Assembly: GCA_017654855.1 (NCBI GenBank)
Contig: CM030335.1
Coordinates: 3,100,001 to 3,164,000, forward strand
Origin: Podospora anserina
Lineage: Eukaryota
DNA: 64,000 bases
Reading direction: 5' to 3'
Position numbers and translations under genes: made by a program. This document shows, one piece after another, positions 1 to 13,231 of the stretch. The notes beneath the pieces were generated by a model. It searched no databases and was not told the DNA's origin. It saw only the letters and a program-made list of their open reading frames with translations. The first letter of the stretch is position 1, and each line of letters begins with the position of its first letter.

Positions 1-3000
1 GGCCGTAAAGTTAGGGCTAGGGTAAAAATAATTATAAATATTTTAATTATAGTAAAATAAAATATTTTAAAAAAGATTATCGGGTATTTAAGTAATTTAA
101 ATAGAAAAAAAAGATCGCCGTAATAACTATTATATCGAGGGGACCGAAGGTTATAAAGGTTATAATTATTGGGTATTAGTAAAGCGAAATAGTAAGCTTC
201 GAGGAAGATTTTAATTAATATATTAAATAAGAGGAAATAGAGTTTTAAGGGCTATAGAAAGTAATGGAAAAATTAAAGGCGGAATATAAAAAAGGAAACC
301 TTTAAATATTAATATTTTAGGATCGATTAATATAAGTTACTATAGAAATTACTACGGAGGTTATTAAAAATAATAACGCTATATAATAAAAAAAACCTAT
401 TAAGTAAATAATATTAAAGAAATAGTATAGTAAATATAAAATCGTTATTTTATAAAAAATATTATTATTTATAAAACTTATATATAAAAGCCGGGAAAAA
501 TATTAAAAAAATAAAAAAGTCGTTAATATTAAAATCGTAAAGTTATTAAAAGATATATTTATATTTATATAATATATACTTTATAAAGGAAATATAATAT
601 AATTTTATTTTAAATATCCGGAGTATCGGAAAATACTTTAGTTTTAATATATTATATATAAATATATAAAATATTATTAAAGTAAATTACTATATAATTA
701 TTAATTATTATTATTAAAGTATATAAAATATTATATCGAATATATAAATAGCTAAAATATAAATAATAATATATATTTTTAGGAAAAAATAATATTAGAT
801 TAATACTTAAGTTTAGATTACGTATTATATTTATAAAAAAAAAAAAAATAATATTATTAAATAAAAATATTTAGGTAAACGATTAAATAAAAGAACTATT
901 ATCGGATATATATATAGGAAAATACTAAATACGTAAAAGATAAAAAATAAAAGGAAGTTAAATAAATATAATTAAAAAACTTTATATTATTAAATAACCT
1001 AGAATAAAAAAATATTTTTAAATAATATAACCATTTAAAAAACGATTCGCGGCCCTTCGCGGGAACCGGTAACCTTTAACGGACTACGAACGGTATTTTC
1101 GGAAATATCGGTGTAAAGTAAAAGTATAGGATAACGACCCGGTATTCGTTAGCGAAATCGTTACTATATAGGGAGAAAGTAAAAAAAATAAATATTTTTA
1201 AATTATAATATATTAAAAAAATATTTAAGTAATAATATTAATAAATAAAAGTATAAAAATAAATTTAATTTTATTATAGTTTATATATTAAATTAAAATA
1301 TTATAAAAGAAAAAAAAAGAATAGATTATTATATAAAAATTATTTCTAACGTAAAAAGTTTATAAAAAAATATTACTTTTAAATATTATAATCGAAAGAA
1401 AAAATAATTTTAATTATATTTAATATTATAAATATAGGACCCTCGAAAAATATAATCCTAAGGTAATTATAATATAAAAATTATAATTTAAATATCGATT
1501 AAAGGGATAATAATTATTTATAATTAAAAGAACTTTAAAAGTATTTAATTAACGATAAAAAATTAAACGTACGTATAAAGTAAAGTATAAGATAAGTACC
1601 CTCTACGGTATTACCGTAAAAAGCTTAAAAAGTAATAATATATTTTATTAATATAAGTAATAAGATTGAAAAAATAAAGTTAATAACGTTAATAAAAATA
1701 TTAGAGGTTAATAAATATATTTATTATAATAATATAGAGAAAAGCGAAAAAAAAGTAATACCGATAGAATATTAAGGATATTTAGCTTTTACGGTTAAGT
1801 ATTTAAAAGGATTTTTAAAGCGAAGACCGTAGAACTATAAAATTAAGTTAAAAAAAGGAATTAAATTACGGTTATTTAAGGTTTATTATACTAACGATAA
1901 GTAAAGTAAAGAATTACGGAAATACTTAAACGAAAATTTAAAGAAAAGATATATTAAGGAGTCTATATTACTAATAAAATACTTTATATTTTTCGTACTA
2001 AAGAAGGACGGTGGTTTATAATTATATATAAATTACTATTAATTAAATAACGAAATAGTAAAAAATAATTATTTATTACCGTTAATATTTAAATTACGGA
2101 GTTAATTAATAGGGGTATAATACTTTATATATTTAAATATATTTATCGGGTACGCCTATATACGGATTAAAAAAGGAAATAAATAAAAAATAATATTTTA
2201 TATATTTTATAATTATTTTAAGTATTTTATAATATTATTTAAACTAATTAATATACTTATAATATTTTAATTTTTTATTAATTATACGATCCGGAAATAT
2301 TTCGATAAAATAATAATATATTATTTTAATAACGTTTTTATTTATTTACGTACTTTAGAAAAATATAAGCGATATATATGAAAAATATTTAATACGTTAT
2401 ATAGAGCCGGACTTTTAATTAATAAAAAGAAAAGTGAGTTTTATATATAAAAAATAATATATTTAAAATATTTAATATTGTTAAATAAAGTTTATATAGA
2501 ACTTAAAAAAATTATAGTAATTAAGGATTAACCTATACTATAATTATAAATATATATTAAAGAATTTTTAAAATTTATAAATTTTTATTAAATATTTATT
2601 TATAAATATATAAGTATTACGTAGCTATTTAACTATTTAACTAAAAAGGATATAAAATTTTAGTAGGGATAGGAAAAAAAGTAAGCTTTTTAGGAATTAA
2701 AAAAGGTTATTTTAAAGGACCCGGTATTTAAATTATTAAACTTTAATCGACTATTTAAAGTCGAGGCGGATATATTAAACTATATAATCGGTAAATAATT
2801 AAAGTAACGAAATAATAATAGTAAGCTATATCCGGTAATTTTTTTTTTAAAGAAGTTCGAAGGGGTACGTTAAAACTATTTAATTTATAATAAGGAGCTA
2901 CTCGCTATTATCGAAGCGTTCGAGGAATAGAGGCTATATTTTAATAATATTAAATATAAAATATAGGTCTATATGGATTATAAAAATCTATAGTACTTTA

Positions 3001-6000
3001 CTATTACGAAAGTCCTTAATATATAATAAATACGATAATTAAAGTTTTTTTTAAAATTTAATTTTTAAATTAATTATAAAAAGGGTTCGGAGAACGCTAA
3101 AGTAAATATATTTAGCCGGCGAGCTAACTACTATAAAGATATACTTAAGGAATTACTATTATTATTTAAGGAAGCGTTAGACGGTACTTTTAAATATTTA
3201 TTATAATTATAAATAAAATATTACGTAGTATATTATAAAAAAATTACTTTTAATAAATATTAAAGAAAATTAAATAATAATATTACGGAATAATATTAAT
3301 AAAAAAAGTTAGAGCTATAAAGTATTTAAAAGGATAATTAAGGAAAATTATAATATAAAAATCGAATATACGTAATATTAAATAATAAAATAATATTAGT
3401 AATAAAGATTTACGGATTAAAATTTAAAGGATATATAAGTATTGTAAAGACTATAGAAAAAATTAAATAGTACTTTAATTAATTAAAGATTAAAAATAAT
3501 GTTAAGGAAACTATTTAATTATACTATACGTATAAGAAAATAAGGGTTACGAAATATAAACTTTATAGATTTCTAAAGTTATTATTAATAGTAAAACGAT
3601 TATAAAGTTTAATTATAATAAACTTTATTACTAAATTACTAAAGTTTAAAAATATAGTAACCGGCGTTAAGTATAATAATATATTAACGGTAATTAATAA
3701 GTTTACTAAATAAATATACTTCTTACCTTATAAAGAAATTTAATTAATAAAGTAATTAACGAATATAATATTATAATATATTATATTAATATATATATAA
3801 TTAAAAAAATTTATTACGGACCGCGATATTAAATTTATATTAAAATTTTAAAAAATATTAATAACGAAGCTAAAAGTAATAAATAAAATATTTTCGGTTT
3901 ACTACCCTTAAATAAACGGTTAAACGGAACGGTTTAATTAAATTATAAAATAATATTTATAAAATTATATTAATTTCGAATAAAATAATTAAATTAAATT
4001 ATTATTTATAATATAATTAATATATAATATATTACTAACTAAAATAATTAAAGTTATACCGTTCTTCGTAAACTTTAAATATAAAATAGATTTATAGTAA
4101 AAACCTAACGTTAAAGTACTTAAAGTTAAGGTTAAAGTAAATAAATTATATATATTTTATAATAAACTTAAATAAAAATTAAAATTTATAAAGGAAAGGA
4201 TATAGAAATATTATAATATTAAAAAACTTAAAGGACTTTACTTTAAGGGGGGGAATATAATATTTTTTTCTATACGTAATTTATATATTAAAAAACTTAA
4301 TAAGAAGCTAGATTATAAGAAAGTAAGCCTATTTAAGGTTAAAAGGAAGATCTTAAAGACGGTATTCGAATTAAAGCTACCTAATATAATACGTTTACGA
4401 TTATATACTTTTTATATTTTACTTTTAAAACCTATACTACCGGTAAATAAAGTTAATATATAGATAGTAGCGGAAAATAAAGAAAAAAAATATAATATAA
4501 AAAAGATATTAGATTTACGGTTTAATAAAAATTAATTAAAATATTTAATTAATTAATTAAAATATCCGGTTATAAATAATTTATAGGAACTATAGGTATA
4601 CTTTAATTACTTAAATAAATAAAAAAAATTTTATTAACGATATTTAGACCGATTAAAACCTAAGTAAAAGAGACGAGTCTTTAGATTACTATTAAATAGT
4701 AATAATATAAAAATTAAAGAACTTTAATAAGAATCGAACCTATACCTTTAATGTAATAATTAATATATTATATATTATACTATAAAATTAAAAAGTATAA
4801 AGGAGATTAAATATAAATAATATTACGCGCCTTAATTACTTTAGAAAGTAAAAAGTATATTAGCGGCAATATTTTAAAAGGTTAAAAAGGAAGGACCGGC
4901 TACGCCCGGGTTTAAAAAAAAGTTAGGCGGTTAATCGAAGTCTAAAAAAAAATCTAAAAAGGAAAGATCGGAAAGAATAGCGGAAGCGTCCGCCGCTAGC
5001 GGGCTATATAAGGTAGTAGGCCGCGCGGAAAACTCTCTTTCTTCCTCCTTAAAGAGCCGAGATTCGCGACGGAAAGTAATAAAGGTTCGAGCCTTAAAAG
5101 TACGCAATTACACTTCGAAACGAAGAAACTTATTTAAAGTAACCTACTTTTCGGTATCTAAACGTTCTTTTTCCCTAATTAAAGAACGGACTATAGGGAT
5201 AATTAAAAAGGAAAAGGGAAAGCTAAAAAAGAAATTTATAATTTACATTATAAATATTATAATAAAAATAATTTAAATTAATATATAAAAGGTACCGGTC
5301 GTATCGAAGGAAAGTTATATATTAAAAATTATTTTTTTTATAATAAATATATTCGGGTATAATAAAATTAAACTTTTCGAAAAAATATATTTAATTATAA
5401 CGACGGTCGGTACTCGTATAAATCGATTTCCTTATACGATTAAATATAACGGTTAAAATAAAAAAGGAAAGGAACTTATAATAGAAATATAAAAAAAAAG
5501 GGGATCGGTAATTATTTTAAAAATATAATTACCGGAATATCGACTTAAAAAAAAGGGTATTATATTATAATTAACCTAATAGTAAATCGCGCTATATATA
5601 GGGCGTAAGTCGCCCTTAACTAATTATTTAAAAAGTTAGGAAATAAACTAATTAAAGCTAAATAAAAGTATTATAGTACTAAAGCTCACGAGTAGTTTAT
5701 AGGATATAAAATATTAGGGATAATTAAAGGTATAGTACAACGAGTATAATATAAATATAATATATTAAAAGTAATTAAAAGTATAGTACGACGAGTATAA
5801 TATAAAATATAATGTATTAAAAGTAATCGGGCCTATAGTAGGGCAAGTACCTTACGGCCCTAAGGTCTATATATACGGAGGAACTAACTAATATAAATAA
5901 ATAATTCCGTAGTATATAATTTAAGTTTATATTTACGGTAACTAGTATTTATATTAAAATATCTTATTATATATTATTTAGCTGCACCGAACTAATTATT

Positions 6001-6056
6001 AGAAATTACCTTTAACTAATATCCCTTTTAGAGGTTCTATATAGGGGTTCGTTATA
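1..6056 (+). mobile_element. RIP-degenerated Ty3/gypsy (chromovirus) LTR retrotransposon, 5' end outside window; probably crapaud/Yeti-like
   Basis: Extremely AT-rich, TpA-rich sequence. Back-mutated pol motifs occur in gypsy order: RT FV(P)KKDGGL ~1992, YxDD-like TATTTTAATAAC ~2322, RNase H VEAD ~2760 and (HD)KELLAIIEAFEE ~2890, integrase ITDRD ~3813 and YHPQTDGQTER-like ~3900, then GPF and chromodomain-like segments ~4320-4600. A polypurine tract at ~5547-5557 precedes the LTR. Confidence 0.92.
5563..6056 (+). repeat. 3' LTR of the gypsy element (~494 bp, RIP-mutated) with internal ~52-bp tandem repeats
   Basis: Starts TATTATA (RIP of TGTCACA) just after the PPT and ends GGGGTTCGTTATA. The 3' half aligns with the LTRs at 6347 and 60077. 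The unit GTATAGTAC.ACGAGTATAATATAAA... repeats about 3 times at ~5670-5840. Confidence 0.8.
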
Positions 6057-6346
6057 GGTAGCCGAATTTTCTTTATTTTGTATAGGCGTAAGCATGTCTT
6101 TTAGCGAAACGTAGCTAAATCGTTGTCTTTTAAGTTAAATTCTAGCTCATTTGCCTATTGTAATATACGAAGCCTTCGTGGGTATAAAGTAGCAGTCGAG
6201 TACGAACTCTACTATAGAGTTTTACGTTAGTATATAGCAATTTATTATTAAATTATAAAAGGTTACCCTTTTTTACTTTATTATCACAGCGTCTACAACG
6301 CTATAGCTCCAGTACACTTAATAGTGAGCCATAAGTCTTATATAAG

Positions 6347-6764
6347 TGTCACAGACCAACCATATAGCAAGATAGAGTGGGGACTGCAGCAAGCCGTGGT
6401 AACTAGTTAAGTAACAGATAACAGCGGGGCTATAGGACAGTGGGCGCTCACCTCTTAGCAGAGGTAAGCCGGCTCGCCAGGAGCGCTAGGTAAGCGAGGT
6501 GAGCCAGGATAGATCACCAGGAGCGCTTAATGATCGAGGTAATCCAAGTACGGAGGTACCTAAAGGATTAAGGTTTATATATACGGAGGAACTGGCCGGT
6601 ATAGATAGACAGTTCCGCAGTATGCAATTTAGCTTATATTCACGGTATTTAGTATTTACATTAAGACATCTTTGTTGTGCACTGTTTAGCTGCACCAAAC
6701 TAATCGTCAGAAGTTACCTTCAACCAGTATCCCTTTCAGAGGTTCTGTATAGGGGTTCGTTATA
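6347..6764 (+). mobile_element. Solo LTR (418 bp) of the same gypsy family
   Basis: TGTCACAGACC...GGGGTTCGTTATA, flanked by a perfect 5-bp TSD ATAAG (6342-6346 and 6765-6769); homologous to 60077-60432. Confidence 0.92.
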
Positions 6765-6769
6765 ATAAG

Positions 6770-7060
6770 TTATTTTCGCTGCACCATACAAACTGTAAGT
6801 GCATTCCGTTACAGGATTCTTAAGCCTATATATGGAACATAACCTTTAATAGTAATTATAAAGTAGCTTAATTATAAAGCTTAGTAACTAAAAAGCTTTT
6901 AAAAGTTATCGATTTAAAAAATCTAAAAATAAAGTATTTCTAAGCTGTTAATTTGAATGTGAGTAAGTTAAGATATTGCTGTATTTCTGGATATAAAATA
7001 GACTTATTTTTAGCTATAGTTTTAATATATTCTTATATTTTCAAATGTTTTACCTAGGAC
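6770..7060. repeat. AT-rich RIP-like relic
   Basis: High AT and TpA content next to the LTRs; no recognisable motif. Confidence 0.4.
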
Positions 7061-10000
7061 GGTTAGACTACGCTGCGTAAAAGCCGCTATGCCTTGCTCC
7101 CTAGCTAGACTCGACTGGAGATTTTAATTTAATGGCACTGGAAGTGACGCTATCTGCTAGTCCGTTTCAATGTCAACTGTGGCAGAGCACTAAAATAGAC
7201 GCCCAAAGCTGCGCTAATTTCACAATGTTCTCGTGCTGGTATCGCTAAACACAAGAGACGCGGGGAAACTGGGAGACGCTACGGAGCTTTGCGGGGACGA
7301 CACAGCCCTAAACTCGGTGCCTCAGGTGAGAAGCCGGGAAGCTGAGCTTCTCTTGCATTCAACACATGAACACTGGAACAGTCGGTGAGCATCCCGTTTT
7401 TCGAGCAGCGCTTACCTCCCGCTTGCCTGCATTATTCTCGGAAAGGGCGCAGATCTCAAGATCAGACAGATCTCGATGGAAGATGGGGGTCCCCGGCTCC
7501 GTGAGGACCACGTCAACACTATCATGACCAAGAGAGTTTGGTGTTGTAACCCCGTGATCGGAAGAGACTTGAGCTGAGGTGTCGTAAAAAGAGCCCCAAT
7601 GAGAATGAACGTCACGCCGTCACATCGACCAAACAGGGACTGCCGCTGGCGGCCTTGGTCTCGGTCTCATCCCACGTCTAAGACGCCTCGACGAGATTGT
7701 CGAAATACTTCGCATGATCGGGTGTTGTCCTCGGAGATGGATAGATAACGGTCCATCTTGAACAGTTTCAGAACGGGTTCCATGTGGATGGCGGGGATGA
7801 GATCCGCGAGAGACTCCAAAGGGAACAGGCAGGTTGTTGCAGGAGGCTTGCAGTGAGGTGGTATGTACATATTGATATCCCAGCAATCAGAAAACCGGAT
7901 TATTCTTTTAAAATTGATTTATTCAAAATAACCAAAAGAGCGAATGGAGACGGCAACAACGCATCAGGCCTTCGGTTGGATCGTAGCTTCCGCAGCAAGC
8001 ACGCCTTCCATGCACGACAGCAGCAAGCCCCGCGCGAAGCTGCATCGAGGCAGGAGCATTGCAGCAGCAATACAGGAGGCAGGAGGAGGCAGGAGGGGTA
8101 GCTTTGCGGGAAGGAGGTGTCGAGTTGCATCACTCCCGCTGATAAGCCTTATCGACCCTGTCGTTGACTTGTTGCTGCCCATCCCCGCCAGCCATCGTGT
8201 ACAAATCATCGTGGCCCATTTCTTACTGCCCGCTCACCGATTTTTTTTCTGACTGCAATGCTGCATTTTTTTCATGTCTTGCCCCTCCGCTCGGCCAACT
8301 CTTCTCCTCCCCGGGCCATTCCTAGCCAAACAATGCTCACTGCCACGGCCATGGCGATATCCCGCTGGCCTGTCCTCTGCGAGCCATCTCGGATGCCAGC
8401 GTGGGGGATTTGTCATCGCCATCCGGAACACATTCACGGCCAACAGAAGCTTCACGGTTTTGGGTCCGGTCCTCTGGTCCTCTCGTAGAGGAAGTTAAAG
8501 AAACTGCTGACAACAGGAATTGATCGACATCTTGCTTGCAGCATCTTCTTCGACGCCGTCTTGCAGCACATATGTATACTTGGCGCGCCTACTTCCGTGG
8601 TCTGGTCCCGGATGTTTTGAATACACACTGTTTTGTCGGGAGTCCGAACTAAACCCTCTCTTACACCTCATTGGTCAACTTTTCACTCTCACCTCGACAC
8701 ACAACGAACCTACGGCCGAGAGACAGCGATAATAGGTATTCGCTTCCACATGGTCTGAATAACCGTTACGTACTGGTTCATCAAGATTGGGTACGGTGAG
8801 CAGGTTGGGAGTCTCAAATCAATGTCCCAAACGTCGACACACAGATTGGGCATCGTCTAAAATGGATGATGCAATCAACAAGGATTCAATATGCTCTGTT
8901 TGTCAAAGTTAACGGCTTGAACTCGGCCGGTCTGATGGGTCGGCCCTTTGTCTGTCATCGGCGTATCAAGGTGTAGTCAGGATTGGATCTTCTCCCCGCT
9001 CCGGTCAGCGTTTCAAACCTCGGTTAGGTCTCCGGCATCCATCCTGGAATCGGAACGGTAACCGACTCCGTGTTAGGAAGGCTTCTAGAAGAACTCGCCG
9101 TCCACACCACGTTTCTGACTTGGATGGGATACTCTTGACACATGAACATGAATAGTAGTTGGCCACGAGCGCCGAGGCTACCGTTCCTTTTGACCCTGAA
9201 GCGTCTTCCGCTACCCGCCCGCCACTGAGGAGACTGACTCGATGACGGGGCCACAACGGGCACGAGTTTGGTATTGAGGAAGAAGCCGTTTCACCTAGAG
9301 TTGATGACCAGAGTTGGGATGGCGACTGACCCGGTTCTTCTTGCTGTTGGGCAAACGAGACGCTGGGCATTGAGTGTACATCTAGCGATGTACATGGTAC
9401 TTTGGGGCCCTCAGACGGGTTAATGGCGAGGTCAGGTCCACCGAAAGCACGACGTGGCGAGAGCTCAGAGCCCTTCTGAGACCACCAGTATCGCCCACGT
9501 GCTTGTCACAGTGGACGTTCGTCTGGACTCTTCCAGCCTCCATTTCTGTAAAGGATGGCAACCTGACAGCACACACACATCCTTTCTTCTGCCTCGGCCA
9601 AAGCTTGGCGAATGCCGGATGATAGAGCCAGGGCTGCACAGGGCCTGGGTTTACATCATGATTTTTGCAGTAAAGCTGTACACCCGGGAGTGTTAGGACA
9701 TGGAGAGAACAAACCGGGGATGGAAAGCACCGTGCCAGTCTGTGTGTCTTTGCAGATTCCAGAGTGAAGGGGTGGGTCACCACGTGGTGTGCTTGAAGTC
9801 AAGTTGTCAGAGAGGTATGCAAGATCGTGGCTTTTTGCGGGGAAAAGGTAAGCTCGTGGGCTCTGGCTTCGCATCTGTTGTCTTTTGATGTCTTTCCTCG
9901 GAAGGGTTGAGTGGCCTCTAAATTTGGCATGTGGTCCAATGACCCTGCGGTTGATGAGACATTTATGTGTTGGACCAACTGACAGCGAGGGCTAGCCTCA

Positions 10001-12155
10001 CTGGCACCTACAATCTGTTGTTTATTCTCATGTTGTTGCTGGATGAGGTTCACAAAGACCAGGTAATGAACTTGAAGCGTCTCTCCAGTGAGATATCTAA
10101 TGGTAGTCTCCGAGGAAAGCTGTTTCAAGCTCTCCGTTTCATAACTTTGACATTCCGTGTGAGAAAATAGGATGATATCATGACGGCTAGTAACTTTCAT
10201 CACCCGAGATCAATTCACTTTCAATTTATCGTTTTATGAACTTATCGCTTTATCTCTGACTTTATTGTTTTCTTGGTCAGAGCACTATGTCTTTTAATCG
10301 TGGAAACAGACACCAACGCAAGCCAACGGGACTCACGGCGGGCCGTAAGGGGTCTGGCTATCTATCTTCCTTCAGGCTTCTGGCCCTTGATGATGCGGAA
10401 ACTCACGTGCAAGCGTCGACATGAGTGAAAGACCGGAAGCATGTGCTTCAGGTTTGCGGGTAAACGGGCCATCCACGGTCGCGATGTTGAGGTAGGTAGC
10501 ATATTTCCCGGTAGTCTGGAGCATTTGTTGGCGTGTATTCATGTTGTTTCCTGACTGTTCATTCTTCGGTACCAGACACTCTTGTGGCTGACCACCGAGT
10601 TACCGGGAGTTGGGCTTTTGCTCCATGATGAAGTCATGCTCCTTCTTCACTCAGTTTGTGGTGGTGGCCCATCTTCACATGCCAAACTAGGCTGTGTTCT
10701 TCCATGGGGCGGCTTACGTACCTGAGCTGTCAACCTGGCGCTGAATTAGCTATGCATTTCTCTCGCCTGGCTGGCTATGCATGAGCGCACGGATGGGGAG
10801 AATCATGGGGCAGGGGGTGGAGGGGTAGATCGGAGAGGCACGGCCAGCGTAATGACGTGCAGGGTCTGGTGGACGGGAAGAGTCGGAGGGTGTGGTTGGA
10901 TGGGTGGTGCTCGGGCTTGTTTTGATGGAAGGAGTCGGCTTTTGCTGGGTTGGCTGGTGTTGGGAGAATGGGAGTGAAAGAAGTCGTCGGACTTGGATGA
11001 GGTTGGCATGTGGTTTACCTTGATGCCAATGGGAATGTTGTCTTCGCTTGAGAGTACCTCGCCTAAGAGCTGTTGCGCAAAAAGTGAGGGAGAGTTGTAA
11101 CAGACCATGTTATCTACTCTCGACCACATCATCTTCGCAAACCAGTGTTACGTCTCGGTGCTTCTAATCGTCACGCCCTAGCTTTGCCATGGTGTTGTCT
11201 TGACTTGCTTCAACATCGTCTCAGCTTGATCTAGATGTTATCCGAGACTGATCGCAAGCTTATTAAATTTACCTTCTGTGCAAGAGAACAGATATATACA
11301 ACCAAAGAGGGGAAAATATTGTGTACTTGTTCCAAGCCAATTTTATCTGAAAGGTTGTGGACAGATAATTCGCTGGTGCATTTGTTTTTGCCTCTTATGA
11401 AGAGACCGCTACCCCTATTTATGCCCCCTTTTCGACTAGGTCTTGGCAGGATACATACGATGGCCGACATCACAAGTTGTAATGGGAAATAAGGACAACA
11501 AAAGGCCTGACAGGTTGAAGAATGCGGAATATACGAGCTCTATTAACCTTCTTTCCCGTCATCGGGCGGAATACCTTAAGAGATGCTTAGTATCTTGGAG
11601 GCTCCTGCGCCGCACCAATACCGTGGTTGTTGACTCGCATTCCTCGCATTGGGAGAGCCGGGACACGCAAACCGTTCCCATGGGAGGTCACACAAGCTGT
11701 CAGCCAACCACCTCCGGTCTGATCGTCCAGCAATGTTCTACTGCTCCAATTGTTTGACGTTAACCATTAAAATGAGGCCGCCAAGGCTTGAAGGCAATAA
11801 GCTGAAAGATGAGAGTGTCGCCAAACCAATCGGATTAACCAAGGGAACCCGAGATTGGGCTGTGGCCAAGACTGAGTTGGTGGTTGAAGTCTGGCTGGAA
11901 GGATGTAAAGAGGCGTATGGGAGACTTGAACACCACATGCTGGTAGTCTAGGAGGGATTAGAGTGAGAATGATGATGATTCTGCTCGGGATGGATCCGAC
12001 GACAACGTTTACATCTCCTTGTATCGCCTTATACAACCAAAAGAACAATATGTCAACACACATGCCCGTGTATATAGCGCCCCCTTCTCTCAATGCATTG
12101 CCTGATCCTTTCCATCAACGCAAGTCTCCCCCTTTTCTCGTAGGGAGCCGTCAAA

Positions 12156-13204
12156 ATGGCCAAAATCCCCACCACCCAAGTCTTCCAAAAGGGCTCCGTC
12201 TGGATGTACTCACCTTCCCTGCCACCCGCCATCCTCTTTCTGATCCTCTATTTCTTCGCCTGTCTCTACATCACCTACCTCACCTTTTACCGGTACAAGA
12301 CCTGGTACATGACCGTCTTCCCTCTTGGTGCTTTGCTGGAAGTGGCAGGCTACGCGGTGAGGATATACTCGGTCAAGAACCAGGGGAACATTGTACGCCC
12401 CCCTCCTAGAGACCCCCTTCCTACCCCCGAACACAGCCCAACCCTCCCTCTCAACCCCACTCATCCCTTCTTCTTGTCTCTAATTTCTAACCCAAAAAAG
12501 GCCGCCTTCATAGCAACCCTCACCCTCCACGTCCTCGCCCCCCTCCTCTTTGCCGCAGGGAACTACCTCCTCCTCGGCCGGCTGATCTCTCACTCCCTCC
12601 CCACCCGGCACACCCTCCTCAAGATCCCCACCCGCTTCATAACCCGCCTCTTCGTCGGGTTCGACATCCTCGCCGCTGCGATCCAGGGGTCTGGGACCTC
12701 CATCGCCGCGTCGGCGAACTGGACTGGACTGAAGGCACTATCGGGAGTTGACGTGCTTGTTGCTGGGCTGGCGGTGCAGGTTGCGGGAGTGGGGGTTTTT
12801 CTTTTGGTTCTGGGGAGGTTTACTTTTCTGGTGAAACAGCTGGGGAGCAAGGGGGGAGGTTGGGGGGGGTTGCTGGTGGCGGTTTGGGTGTCGAGTGGGT
12901 TGATTTTCGTGAGTACTTCAATTGACTGGAGACGGTTGGTTGGGGAAAGGGAGGGAGGGTGCTAATCATGGATAATACCTAGGTGAGGTGCATTTACCGG
13001 CTGGTCGAGTTCGTGGAGGGGATTGACGGGTATGCCTTTCGGAATGAGTGGTTGTTTTGGGTGTTTGAGGGGACGGGGATGCTACTGGCGATAGGGCTGT
13101 TTTGTATTTGGCACCCGGGGGCTTGCTTGAAGAGGGGGGAGGTGACAGAGGGGGAGGTGACAGAGGGGGAGAAGAGTGAGGGGGGAAGTGACACTCAGGC
13201 GTGA
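12156..13204 (+). CDS. RTA1-like 7-TM lipid-translocating/resistance protein (3 exons; introns 12393-12500, 12909-12982)
   Basis: RTA1 motifs YSPSLPPAILF, EVAGYAVR, APLLFAAGNYLLLGRLI, FVGFDILAAAIQGSG, RCIYRLVEF, EWLFWVFE, HPG. GT..CTAAY..AG introns join the frames. Confidence 0.9.
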
Positions 13205-13231
13205 GGTTGTTGTCAAGAGATGGCCGTTCAC

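Noticed and set aside
6486-6765. Short ORFs similar to the ORF at 60118-60444
   Set aside because: The similarity reflects shared LTR sequence, not a gene family.
9118-9160. Metallo-beta-lactamase-like ILLTHEH motif
   Set aside because: Followed immediately by two stops, lacks the DH and other MBL motifs; probably chance.
13135-13185. 15-bp G-rich tandem repeat
   Set aside because: Simple coding micro-duplication (GEVTE-GEVTE-GEKSE) in the RTA1 tail.
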